From Prorocentrum cordatum (lineage: Eukaryota): DNA of 64,000 bases. Of this stretch, positions 1-10,399 are shown piece by piece. The notes under the pieces are model-generated. The model searched no databases. It was not told where the DNA came from and saw only the letters and a program-made list of their open reading frames with translations. Position 1 is the first letter of the stretch. Every line of letters begins with the position of its first letter. A program made the translations under genes and the position numbers. Location of the stretch: NCBI GenBank assembly GCA_963575745.1, contig CAUYUJ010000223.1:1-64000 (forward strand), written 5' to 3'.

Positions 1-290
1 GTGGGTGGGTGGTGGGTGGGTTGTGGGTGGGTTGTTGGTGGTGGGTGGTGGGTGGGTTGTGGGTGGGCGGGGGGGTGGGTGGGTGGGTCCCCAAGCTGAT
101 CCTGAGGTTGCCTTGCCACCCCCCTCTGTTCCTCTCCTTCTCTTACTCCCCCATCCTCCTCCTCCTCCTCCTCGTGATCCTTCTCCTCCTCCTCCTCCTC
201 CTCCTCCATCCTCCTCCATCCTCCTCCTCCTCCTCCTCGCCTCCTCTTCCTCATCCTCCTTCTCCTCCTCCTCCTCCTCCTCCTCCTCCT
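1..290. repeat. Simple repeats: degenerate (GGGT)n followed by (CCT)n
   Basis: Directly visible; gives rise to spurious poly-G/P/S/L ORFs. Confidence 0.95.
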
Positions 291-585
291 CGCAATTATC
301 ATCATAGGTCCGACCGTGCAGGCTCGCCGCTCCAGATTGAGCGACGGCTGTTCAGATTTTTTCCAACTGGATACCACTGGGTGCACTTCTGTTCGACTGA
401 AACAAAACGGGCGAGGAACGCACGGCTGCGGAAGGGGATGGGGCTGCGAAGGAGGCAGAGGGGGGTGCTGAGGAGTCGGCGGGGCACGAGGTGGATGCCG
501 AGGGAGGGGCCCAAGGTTGGGAGGAGGAAGTGCGATGGACGATGACGATATCGATGATGATGGTGATTTCCTCATGCGCGCGAAA

Positions 586-2856
586 TTATAGCACGTCAAC
601 GCCTGGGAGGTCTGGCACGACAGGCTGCGCGCTGTCAGGGGCACTCGAAAAGGACGGCGACGACATGGCAAACATGGCCGTTGAACAATGCATAACAGTT
701 GTCGTCGCCAACCATTCGTTGGCGGCGCGCCGCTTCCACATGCGGCAAAACATCAGGTGCTTCCAATCTGGCGTAGCAAGTGGGTTGTCGCCGCAGAAAA
801 ACAACGCGACGCCCACGTGGTATCGGGCCCGATCGGCAGACGACAAAACAAACGAGCCGCTCTTAATCACCCCTCTGGCCGTGGCGATGTGCTTGGAGGC
901 GCGAACTTGGCCAACCTTGGTTGGGAAAAACGTGTTCGATAAACTTGCCCATGTGTGGCGATGGCTTGCCGGCGCCGAGAAGCTCGGGCACGAAGCAACG
1001 TTCCACGCGCGCCAGCGCATGGAGCGTCTGCCGCCTCAACACAGCGCATTCCCACCCGCCCCCTGCCGAGTGGCGAGACGCAGCCTTGGCGTATTTATGT
1101 TTTCTCTCCATGCTAAAGCACGATGCAACTTCCGAGTGCGCAGCAATGCAAACTGGAACGTGAAACATGTAACGGGCGTTCTGTTTGCACGCGAGGCGGC
1201 CGTGCACGGCCCTGTGCACAATGAAATGTTCGCGCGTTAACTGGGACAGAATGCCAACATTCTCAACGCAGTACTCCTTCCATACAAGCATGTCTGTTAT
1301 CTTGCCCAACAACAACATGCTGCGGCACTCCTCAACGAGTAAACCCTGCGGAACGACGACCATCTTCGCAAACCACGCCAATGCCGCCACGGCTGTTACA
1401 GTCTCCCCCGCATAAGCTTTTATATGAGAGCCTCTGGCCCGCGTCCGATCCTGAAAGAACTTGCGCGGCAAACCTCTGAGGGGCTTCGGCGGCGAGAAGC
1501 TGCCGCTGAATCTGTCCAAGAGATCCAATGTGAACGCGGTGGCCTCGGTGAGATTCGCGCAGAACTTATTCACTTCATATTGGGCCATTCCGCTCGACGC
1601 AAACAACACATGCATAAAATCCCAAAACGTGCGATCGATCGGGGAAACAATGTCGCGCAAAGTCCTGTCCCATATCAACGCATGCGGATCATGCGCGAGG
1701 CCCGCTGCCGTCTCCTCCTGCTGGAAGGCACCAGGGGCAAGAAGTACATGGCTCTGGCGTTCGACGTGGTCTGCAAGGTCGTAGAAGCTTGCAGTGCTGG
1801 GAAGAGCATCGCGCAAGTGCTTCGCATGCATGTTCCCTGCTAACTTAGACACGTGGCACTTGACGACGTTCCTGCAGAAATAACAGGGCTTGTAGCCCCC
1901 CGCCCCCTTCACAGCAAATGTAAACCTGAAAGCTTTCTCGTCTTGGATGATATACCCCAACGCGCCAGTCAGAATGCGCGACGATCTGCTACTATCCAAA
2001 CATCGGAAACCACTTTTAAACTACGAGGCGCCCATGCTGAAAAACATATGCAACACTTTGCCAACAATTTCGGACAAACCTCCTTTTATCTTGCCTTCCA
2101 CTGAACAAGGGATGCACCCAACTGTGAACCAGCCACACGAACGACTTTTGAACCACGACGGAAGTTGTGCCACAGTCCAATCCACCGACACAGCGCGCCA
2201 TGCCACGCAGCACACAACATCACGCGTGGGAGGGGCAGGAGGAGGCGAAGGAGGAGGAGGAGGAGCAGGAGAAGGAGGACGAGGAGGAGGATGAAGAGGA
2301 GGCAAGCTCCGCGGACGTGTCCATTGTTTTATTATGCCTCGAGCGAGAGCACCGTTTTGAACAGAAGACGCGTTGAACCAGTTCGTCCGACATCCCGCTT
2401 TTCTGAGGACGTCTCGAGCGGGATCCGACGGGGTCGGTATCGCCGCAGGTTTCCTAAACATATGCACTGCAGCTCTCGAGATGGATCTGGCATCAAGGGG
2501 TTCCCCGTCGTAAGTCTATCCGTGTGGAGCCCAACGCGAATCTCAGAACCACCTATGCTCGAGAACAACAAATCGGCAAACTTCGGCCACCGCCGACAGA
2601 GCTCCTGCAACCATGCAACAGGATGAACGTACAAGAAATTATAAACAGTGCCATCGTCGAGAACGAATTCCATAGACCGAATCAATCTACCGCTGGGAGT
2701 GTCCACATCAAGTTCGTTCGACGGGGCGCCCTTGAGTTTCGAATTCGACTCTGTGCCTAACAAATCTGCGAGCACACGATCTGCTGGCGCCATACTCATT
2801 GATAAAGATTGGGCAACAAGGTCGAGTTTCGAGCGCTTCCTACTCTGAGCGTCCAT
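586..2856 (-). pseudogene. Decayed DNA transposase, CMC (EnSpm/CACTA-Mirage-Chapaev)-like
   Basis: Pieces in order: LHTDRLTTGNPLMPDPSRELQCI (ORF 2332..2934), WTVAQLPSW..GWF..IKGGLSEIVGKVLHMFF (ORF 2021..2467), in-frame TAG at 2021-2023, then QDEKA..KGAGGYKPCYFCRN, WDFMH, YMFH..CFSMERKH (ORF 863..1999), and a frameshifted C-terminus (586..1020). The D / D-x-CxxC / DxMH / ERxH order matches CMC transposases. Confidence 0.7.
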
Positions 2857-2915
2857 GATCCGCAATGCCACATAGGCGAGGCGTGAGGACGGGCAGGACG
2901 AGAAAACGGGGGGGT

Positions 2916-3142
2916 ATGCCTCGAGCGAGAGCACCGTTTTGAACAGAAGACGCGTTGAATCAGCTCGTCCCGCACCCCGCTATTCTGAGGATGTCCCGAG
3001 CGGGATCCTAATTTTCAAGGTTTCGACGATTTCGCAACATCCTTTGATATCATATTTCTTTGCGAGGATGTCTCGAGCGAGAATTTCAAATTTAACGTCA
3101 GGCGTCTCAAACCGACTCCGTTAGAGGATGTCTCAAGCGAAA
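2916..3142. repeat. Short repeated motif GAGGATGTCTCGAGCG upstream of the transposase; a ~95-bp block is duplicated at ~2333-2427
   Basis: Motif variants near 2406, 2987, 3064 and 3124; the block TATGCCTCGAGCGAGAGCACCGTTTTGAACAGAAGACGCGTTGAA..GAGCGGGATCC occurs at ~2333 and ~2916. Confidence 0.85.
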
Positions 3143-4440
3143 CGGCCGCTTTATTGGGGGCAGAAATAAAGGTCAGGCGGCACGTCGGTCAGACGAACGG
3201 TTAGTCGGGCAACGGCTGCCTCCGCGCGCGCACCTTGGGCGCCTCCGCGCGGGGGGCAGTGAACACACGTTGGGCCAAATGTGGCCGCGGACAAGTGGGA
3301 CTCTAATTGAACACGTAAAATTGATAATTTTGTGTTTAAGAGTTGTAAGTCGGTGATAAACACTTGCATTGCAACCGTGTATAAGTTTAGCAAACCTGTA
3401 AAACCAATGCCACACTTATACACACATAACAAATATTATAGTAGCATGCGACCGACTCGTATGTACGATATATACAACATACAATCACATCGCAACTCAA
3501 CTTATATCTGCGACAGAGGCCACCGCCCGCGAAGTGGGCCGAGGTCTCAACGTCGCCTGAGCTGGGGCCTTCAGCATTGCCCCCGCCCCCGAATGCGCCG
3601 GGCCCGAGGCGCGCCGAGGCGGGTGGCAGGGGAGGTCGCCCCCTGCCCCCCGAAGCCCCGCGGGGCGCGGCCACTCCTGGCGCGGGGCGCACCCTTTCCC
3701 TCGCCCCCAGGCCCGGGCGAGGAAGCGCGGAAGGGAGATCCCCTCCGATCGCGCTCGGGCCCCTACGGGAGCGGCCGCCATCAACACACCGCGATCCCGT
3801 CGAGAACGGGCGGCGGCGAGCGGAGCCAAGTCATAACGTGGCCGGCGGATGCGCCCCGCGGGAAACCCGCGCTCCGCCGCGCCCAGACGGCCGGAAATTC
3901 GAGCCGGCAGACACGCTATGATACTGACGGGCTGCGCCGATCTCCCCCTATGGCATTGAGCCGCGGAGGCGCGCGATAACGGAGCTGGGCCAGCCAAGCC
4001 GGGGGGCCGGCGGCGGGCGAGAGGCGCCGATGTCCCCCGATGGCTAGACAAGCCGGGGACGCGCCTGGCGAGATACGCCGATCTTCCCTCTCTCCCCCTC
4101 CATCCTGGCCTTTCCTCCCTGGAATGGAGGAGGGGGGGGGGGGGCAGTGGCGCCCTCTCCTGGTGCGTTTTGGGGGTCCCAAAGGGTTCCCGGGCGGCCC
4201 CGAAAGCGTGGGGCAGGGGGGCGTCGGCAAAGCATCGGCATGAGTAGTCAGCAGTGGCTCAAGACCCCTCCCCCTTTTTGCCACGCCCCCCTTCTGTCAG
4301 TAGCGTTGCTGGGGGATGCCAGCCCATCCTCGGATGTCAGAAAACGCACCCCTCGGTTTATATCAAAATCACGGCGCCCGCTGGCCCGGGGGCGCCCTCA
4401 GCGTCGGACAGGAAAGCCGGCGCCGCGCACACGAGCTCGT

Positions 4441-6642
4441 TCAACGACAAGTTGTCGGGAGCGGATCCCCCAACCAGGCCTGCCAGATCAAGTCGAGCTC
4501 GGGCGCGCGAGCGGCCCGCGTATCCCGCAACGCCGGTGGAAAAGGGATTGGGGGCGTTGCCGCCAACCTGGAGAGAGCGCCCGCTAGCTCGTTGGCCTCC
4601 GGCGGTAGATGCGAGACCGTGCATGTCCACCGGACGGCAGCCTTCCTCCATGACAGCTCCCTGGTCACGGCATTCAGGTCTCGACGTCCTCGGTAATAGA
4701 CTGCGCCCGCGAGCGCCGCGAGGTTGCCCCCCTTGATCGTGAGGACCTGCCCGACTGCGAACGGCGCGCCCCGCGCCAACAGGGTGACCAGCAGGGTGAC
4801 GTACTCCCACAAGGTCTGCCACTTGGAATTGCCGATCTCGGCGCTGAACCGCTGGAGGAGCTTGTCCGACCACGTGAACGCGAGGTATTCGCGCGGGGCG
4901 CCCTTCTCGAAGAGGATGGCGCCTCCCACCCACGGGGGGGCATCGAACTCCACGTGGACCAGCGCGGCCGGGAGGCGGCGCAGGTCCGGCCGGTGGTGCA
5001 CCTCGCGGGCGAGGGGCAGAACGGCGCCTCTGATGAGCGCCCGCACCCACGCCGCCGCGGCAGCGGCGAAGCGGCGAATCGCGACGCGCCCGGGCGGCGC
5101 CTCCGGCCGCGCCGACGCCGCCGCCTGCTCTGCAGCCACCAAGGCCGCCCAGAAGGATGCTGCGAAGGGGTATGCCTCCTGCACGACCTGGGCAATGCGC
5201 GACACCTTCCCCGTGGCCGTGCGCGCCAAGCCGAGGGGGGCCGTGCCGGACCCCCGCAGAACGTATCCATGATTTCGGCCGTCGCCTTCAAAAACTCCGG
5301 CGGCAGGGTCATCAGGGCCATGTAAGCTACGGCGCCGCGCAACTCGAATTGGATACCGACCCAGACATGGGCGCCCAAGGTGAAAACCCCTTTCCGCCAT
5401 GCCAGCCCCAGGCCGAGGGCGAGCCACCACCCGAGGACCGTGTCCAAGTTGCAGTGGATGCCCTCGTCGGAGCCCGCGAGGGTGCTCGCCGGGTCGTCGA
5501 CGTAGAGCTGCAACCGGCCTTCGGAAGCCGACAGCATGGCCTGAGCGGAACGGGCCAGCAATGACCCGACCCTGCCGTGCACCAGGGGGTTGGCCTTTCC
5601 CCCGAAGCCCAGGACCCGCCAGACGATGACGCGGCCGTGTCCTGCCATTGGAGGCTCCTCGAGGATCGCGACGTTGAAACGCCCTTCGTCCTCGTGCAAC
5701 GGGATGCTCATATGAAGGCGTCGAGGAAGTCGAGCACGAGGACGCCGACCCGATGAACCCGAGTGGGCGCCCCTACGCGCTGCCCTAATGAGGCGAGGTC
5801 GACCGCGTGATCGACCCCCTCGGCAGCACGACGCGCTCGCGTGTCGTGGACGCCCGGTTCACCCCATTGGCCTTGAGGTCCTGTATGATCCTGTTCTTGA
5901 ATGTCCCGTCCCGCTTCTGGCGCCGGACGTTGCCGAGCGGCGCGGGGAAGACGCGCCCGAACTTGGCCTCGGCTGCCGCCACCGTGTCGAAGGTCTCACC
6001 GTAACCCGACTTCAGGCAGCCGCGAATCAGGTCCAAGGACGGCGCCTCCGCCTCATCGTGCTTGTCGGCGAAGGACGGGTGGTTGGCCAAGAACGCGTAG
6101 TCGCCCGTGCCCAGGTCGCCGGGCTCCAAGGTGCTGCAGGACTCGGCCAGCGGGAACAATCCGCCTGGCACCACTGCGCGGGAGATGCCCATGGGGGCGC
6201 CCTCTTCCAGCCACCTCCCGACCTCCCGATCGGGCCCTTCGGCGAGCGATATGACCTGCTGCGCCGAGCGGAACCGCATGTTCGAGGCTGGGTGGTGGCG
6301 GAGCTCGCCGCCGGGCTCGACACCGAGTGCGCGGGCCACCTTCGCCCGCAGTGCTGCCGCGGCCGCTTGAGACGGCGGCGCGCGCGCGGGTGTCTCCCCG
6401 CAGCAGCCGGCGAGCCCAGTCAGGCTGGCGTCCTCGGACTGGGCCCCCCGAATGGCGAGCCTGACCTGGCCCATGACGCGCAGGAGCGCCGGCTCCGAGG
6501 CGACCGCCGCGGCCGCGTTCCTCAGGCCGGCCCTGCGCGCCGCGTCTTCCTGACCCCGCTGTTCCCGCGTGTCCACGGGGTCAACGCCGCGAGAGGCGTG
6601 GCGGCGCACCGGCGCCGGGTCCCCGAACTCGGACAGTGCCAC
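4441..6642 (-). pseudogene. DIRS-type reverse transcriptase plus RNase H, frameshifted
   Basis: APLGNVRRQKRDGTFKNRIIQDLK, VLVLDFLDAF (~5714-5745), VLGFGGKANP, LYVDD, WVGIQF; RNase H: FDAPPWVGGAI, WEYVTLL, KGGNLAAL, HLPPEANELAGALSR. Confidence 0.85.
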
Positions 6643-7199
6643 GAAGCGGGGCTCCTCCTGGGGGTCTGGCGCGAGGCCCCCCTCCAGTCTGTCGGGCGGC
6701 CCCTCCTTGCTGGTGGCAACTGCGCCGCACTAGCGGCCGCCTGTGTAGGGGCGGGCTGGCGCGGACCCGCGGCGGAAGCGGCAGCTCGCCGCCGCTGCGC
6801 CTCCGCTAGCGAGGCCCCGAGCCGCTGGAGCCTGCCCAGAACGTCCTGCAGGCTCTGGCGCTGTCGACTCAGCCGCGCCCGGCGCGAGACGGGCGTCTCG
6901 CCTGGAGCGGTCTCGGGCGCCTCTTGCGCGAGCACTGGCGCCGCCGCGGCTGCGGCGGCCCGGCGGGCCGCCGACGCGGCCGCCAAGCCCAGAAGCGTTG
7001 CCGTAGCCAGCGCCTGCTCTGCCGACGGGCGCGCCCCTGGGTGCGGCGCCGCAATCGCCGCGGCGGCACCTGCCGGAGCTGCCCGCGAGCTGGGCGTCGC
7101 GCCCTCTGCGGCCCCCGATGCCTCCTGCGCCGTCCTGGCGACCTTCAGAGGCGGGGCCGCGCCCTCCCTACTGGCGCGGGGCGCCGGAGGGCCTCGCTG

Positions 7200-8560
7200 G
7201 GCAGCTCGCGGACGCCCGGGCGGCGGCGGCACCCAGCCGCGCGGCTTCGCCGGGCACTCCGGGTCGATGGCCCGATGCGAGCCCAGGCACCACTCGCAGC
7301 TGTGGGCGCGGCCCTGGGGGCAGCGACTGTCCGTGCAGCCTTTCTCCGAACGGTTCCAGCTGAAGCAGAGCTGGGAGCCGTCGGCGGCGCGGAGGTGGCG
7401 CCCGTCCTTGCGACGCTCGATCCCAGCCAGGCCCCTCTTCTTCTTGTCGTCATTGCCGCCTTTCTTCCGGCCGGCGGCCGCCGCTGGAGGCGCCGATGGC
7501 GGCGGGCCACCGCCGCCGCCGCCGCCCCGCCGCCGCCGCCGCCGCCGGCCGCCTGCAGCGCCTGCGGCACGGCGCCCCGGCGGGAGGCGAGGAGGCACAG
7601 CTTGTCCACGCGCTCGCACCACCAGTTGGCGTGGGGGCTACTCTCTGACTTGGCCGAATCCCGGATGACGGATTCCCAAGGCCGGTCCTTGTCGAAAGAG
7701 CCCGCGTAGCATCCGTTGGCGACGCGGGCCTCTGTCTGGCGCCGGATGCGCCCCCAGCGCTCCGCTCGCATCTCGCCGTCGGCCCGCGAGATGATGCCCC
7801 ACTGCTCGGGGAAGGCGCAGTGGAGCAGGCGGGCGATCGCATTCGTCCAAGGGCCCGGGCAGAGAGGCCTTCAGCACGAGCATCGCCGTCCTGAAGACTC
7901 GCCAGCACGCCCGCCAGGTGTCGAAAGAGGAAGGCCCCCGGAGCTGCCGAGTGACCAGCTCCCCCCCGACGAACACCTGGGCGGTGAAACGTAGCAGCCG
8001 CTGTTGACGCCGGCCGAATGGCCCCCGCACGGCCACGTCGACGTAAGGGGGCCATGTCTTCCGCGAGCTTGGCGGCCAGCGCCGAGAGCTGGTCCCCCGT
8101 CGCGTCTTCGCGCTCGCGGGGCCCCCCGCCGTGGGCCCTCTCGAAGTCGGCCCACAAAGCCGCAATGCGCGGCGCCGGGAGGAGCTCAACGTCTCCATCA
8201 TCCGCCTGGTCGATGAGGGCGGCCAGCTTGCGCTTCCGTGCCGCTGGCACGGGAGGCGGCGCCTTGGCCGCCGGCCGCGTCGGCGCTTGCGCTGGGCCGC
8301 TCAGCGTGCCGAAGTCCGGCGAGGGCGCGCCGCCGATCTCTGCGATCTTCCTGAGGAAGCGCCGCAGCTTGGACTTCTGGAGCGCCTGTAGGGGCACACT
8401 GTCAACCACTGTCTCGTCCAAGGCCGTGAACAACTCCAGGAGGGAGGTCGACAGCATATCGTCGATCGTGAGACTGCTGAGGGTGCCCCCGAGCTGCTCC
8501 ACGTACGCCCCCAGCAGGATCGTGTCGAAGCCGGCCATGCCCGCGATCGAGGAAACCATA
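7200..8560 (-). pseudogene. DIRS-like gag/ORF1 with C-terminal Cys/His finger, frameshifted
   Basis: PYVDVAVRGPFGRR..GPSSFDTWRACWRVFRTAM and LCFSWNRSEKGCTDSRCPQGRAHSCEWCLGSH, spread over several frames. Confidence 0.7.
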
Positions 8561-8750
8561 AGGGGGCGAGGTGTCTGCCGCGCGCGCTCAGAAGGCGAGC
8601 GCACGGTCGCAGCGCCGTCCGGGCCCCCCATCCAGCGCCGGGGCCGCCGCAGCCGCGGGTTCGCCGCCGAACCAGCTCGTCGCCCCAGATGCTGCAGAGG
8701 TTCCTTAGCGGGAAGAGAAAACGTGGGTGACCGAGAGCACGGAGGTGGAG

Positions 8751-8772
8751 CTCGAGACCAAAATGGCCATGG
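8751..8772 (-). other. Relict dinoflagellate spliced-leader-like sequence
   Basis: Minus strand CCATGGCCATTTTGGTCTCGAG versus the dinoSL DCCGTAGCCATTTTGGCTCAAG; the core GCCATTTTGG is exact. Confidence 0.6.
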
Positions 8773-8839
8773 GCACGCGAGCGCCATGTGACTCCGTGCG
8801 TCCGCTCCGCTCCTGCACCCCTCTGCATCGCGCCGGCCC

Positions 8840-9530
8840 GTCTGCGGTCGCGCTTTGGGGATCTTGTGTGTATGGGCTTGCCGATTCGCGTCTGCACCAG
8901 CTTCGTGTGTTAGCGGCGCAGGCCGAAGGCAGGCTTCCTCGCGGAGCGTCGACGGGCCTCTTCCTAAGCTGTGCAAAGCGCGGCTGGAAGCGAGACCCGT
9001 TGGTGATCGCGTCTATGGATGCTGTAAGGCAGTACGGAGAGGTGCTTTGGGATGGCCTGCTCCCAACGGCCGTCCTCCAGTGTCTTTTCGAAAACGCCCT
9101 TGAGCAAGCGGCGAAGGAACGCCCATGGGTGTCCTGTAGGGACCCCGTGGCTGCGCTCGTGCTCACGGCGCAGCGCGTGGGATGGAGTTTTCGGAGTCCG
9201 ACGCGCGCGGTTGACGACCTGGGGCGGGAGTGGGATTTGCAATTTGATTCCCCTGCTTGCGTCTCGGACCAGATTGCGCACTCGGCCAGGCGAGCTTCGG
9301 ACGTTAGGGCGCTCGCTCTGCAGGACAGGGGGCGCTGGTCGCCCCCGATCTTCTGGCGGCCGATTCTCGAGGCGATGTTCTGTGATTGGAAGCCCGGTTG
9401 GGAGAAGCATCAGCAGTCTTCTCTCCGGGGCCTGGTGGCAGGCTCTCACTGGTCGTAAGGGAGGTTGCACGGTTGTCCACCCCCTCGTTCCGACTCGTGC
9501 TCCCGATGTAACGCTGGCCTCATGTCCGTG
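8840..9530 (+). pseudogene. LINE ORF2 fragment (post-RT region to zinc-binding motif)
   Basis: LWGSCVYGLADSRLHQLR..PWVSCRDPVAALVLTAQRVGW..DLGREWDL aligns by eye with LYGSSVVGMADSKLTELK..PWLTVWGPAGAFVATVRRLGW..DGNVLDL in ORF 54125..56977; CSRC follows a stop. Confidence 0.8.
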
Positions 9531-10106
9531 TTTCGGGTCGTTCCGAATCGCGCTCCCGCTGCGTCGCTGGCCTCATTTCCGCGCTTCCGTTCGTTTCGAC
9601 ACGTGCTCCCGCTGCAGCGCTGGCGTCCTTTTCCCGTGCCATGCCACGGCATGCAATGCAATGCTTGATACTACGCTTTGCGGTGCTCTTCTACGCCATG
9701 CCACGCCTTGCTCTACAATGCATCGCGTACCCTTTCGGGATCCTTGCCCTGCTCGACATCCGCCGGCGCGAGTAGTGAAGGGATCTACGCCATGGTAAGG
9801 GATGGGAGGGAGGAGTGGGATGTCAAATATGACGCGAACGCACCTAGCTTGTCCTCCCCCCCGTCCTCCCCCTGCTCCTCCGAGCGGCGAGCGCGTCTGT
9901 CCGCGCGCCCGGGCACTTTGATCGGGGGCGGGCGCAACCCTCCAACCCAGGAACCAGCGCACCGCTCAGCTGCGACTGGCCCTGAAGTCCTGGAGCCGAG
10001 GGGCGCGCCCGCCGGGGCCTGCAAGTTCGGTTGCACGGGACCGCCGCGGAGAAAGCGACGATGGTGCGGAGCGACGCCCGCGCGGCCGCCTGGCCTGCGG
10101 CCTGGG

Positions 10107-10200
10107 CCCTGCGGCCCCACCGCCAGGCGCCACTCCAGAGCCCTGCAGCCCCACCGCCAGGCGCCGCTCCAAAGCCCTGCGGCCCCACCGCCAAACGCCA
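10107..10200. repeat. 34-bp tandem repeat, about 2.7 copies
   Basis: CCCTGCGGCCCCACCGCCAGGCGCCACTCCAGAG variants at 10107, 10141 and 10175. Confidence 0.9.
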
Positions 10201-10399
10201 GCCCGCCGCTCGCTCGCCGCACAGCCGCGCCCGCGCGGCGCCTGCTCGCCGGCCCCGCGCCGGCCGCGCAAGCCCGCGGCCCTGCGCCCCGCCCAGGCCC
10301 GCGCCCTGGCAACGCCGCGCCTCCGCGCCCAGCAGCAGCTCAGCCCCGCGCAGAAGCCGCTCGGCGCCCGGCTGTCCTTAGCGCAGCCCAGCCGCGCGT

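Larger units (their letters stand above)
4441..8772 (-). mobile_element. Decayed DIRS/Ngaro-like retrotransposon (gag-like ORF, RT, RNase H)
   Basis: Frameshifted gag-like ORF followed by DIRS-type RT and RNase H motifs; 3' boundary unresolved (may extend to ~3530). Confidence 0.8.

Noticed and set aside
302..480. Unique-looking island that might be a small host exon
   Set aside because: No recognisable protein motif and no convincing splice pair.
4255..4263. TGGCTCAAG SL-like nonamer on the + strand (and TGGCTCAAA near 21331)
   Set aside because: No downstream sense ORF or clear element boundary; compatible with chance.
5788..7668. Long + strand ORF (626 aa) and similar antisense ORFs across the window
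   Set aside because: Shadow frames of GC-rich retroelement coding sequence with no motifs of their own.
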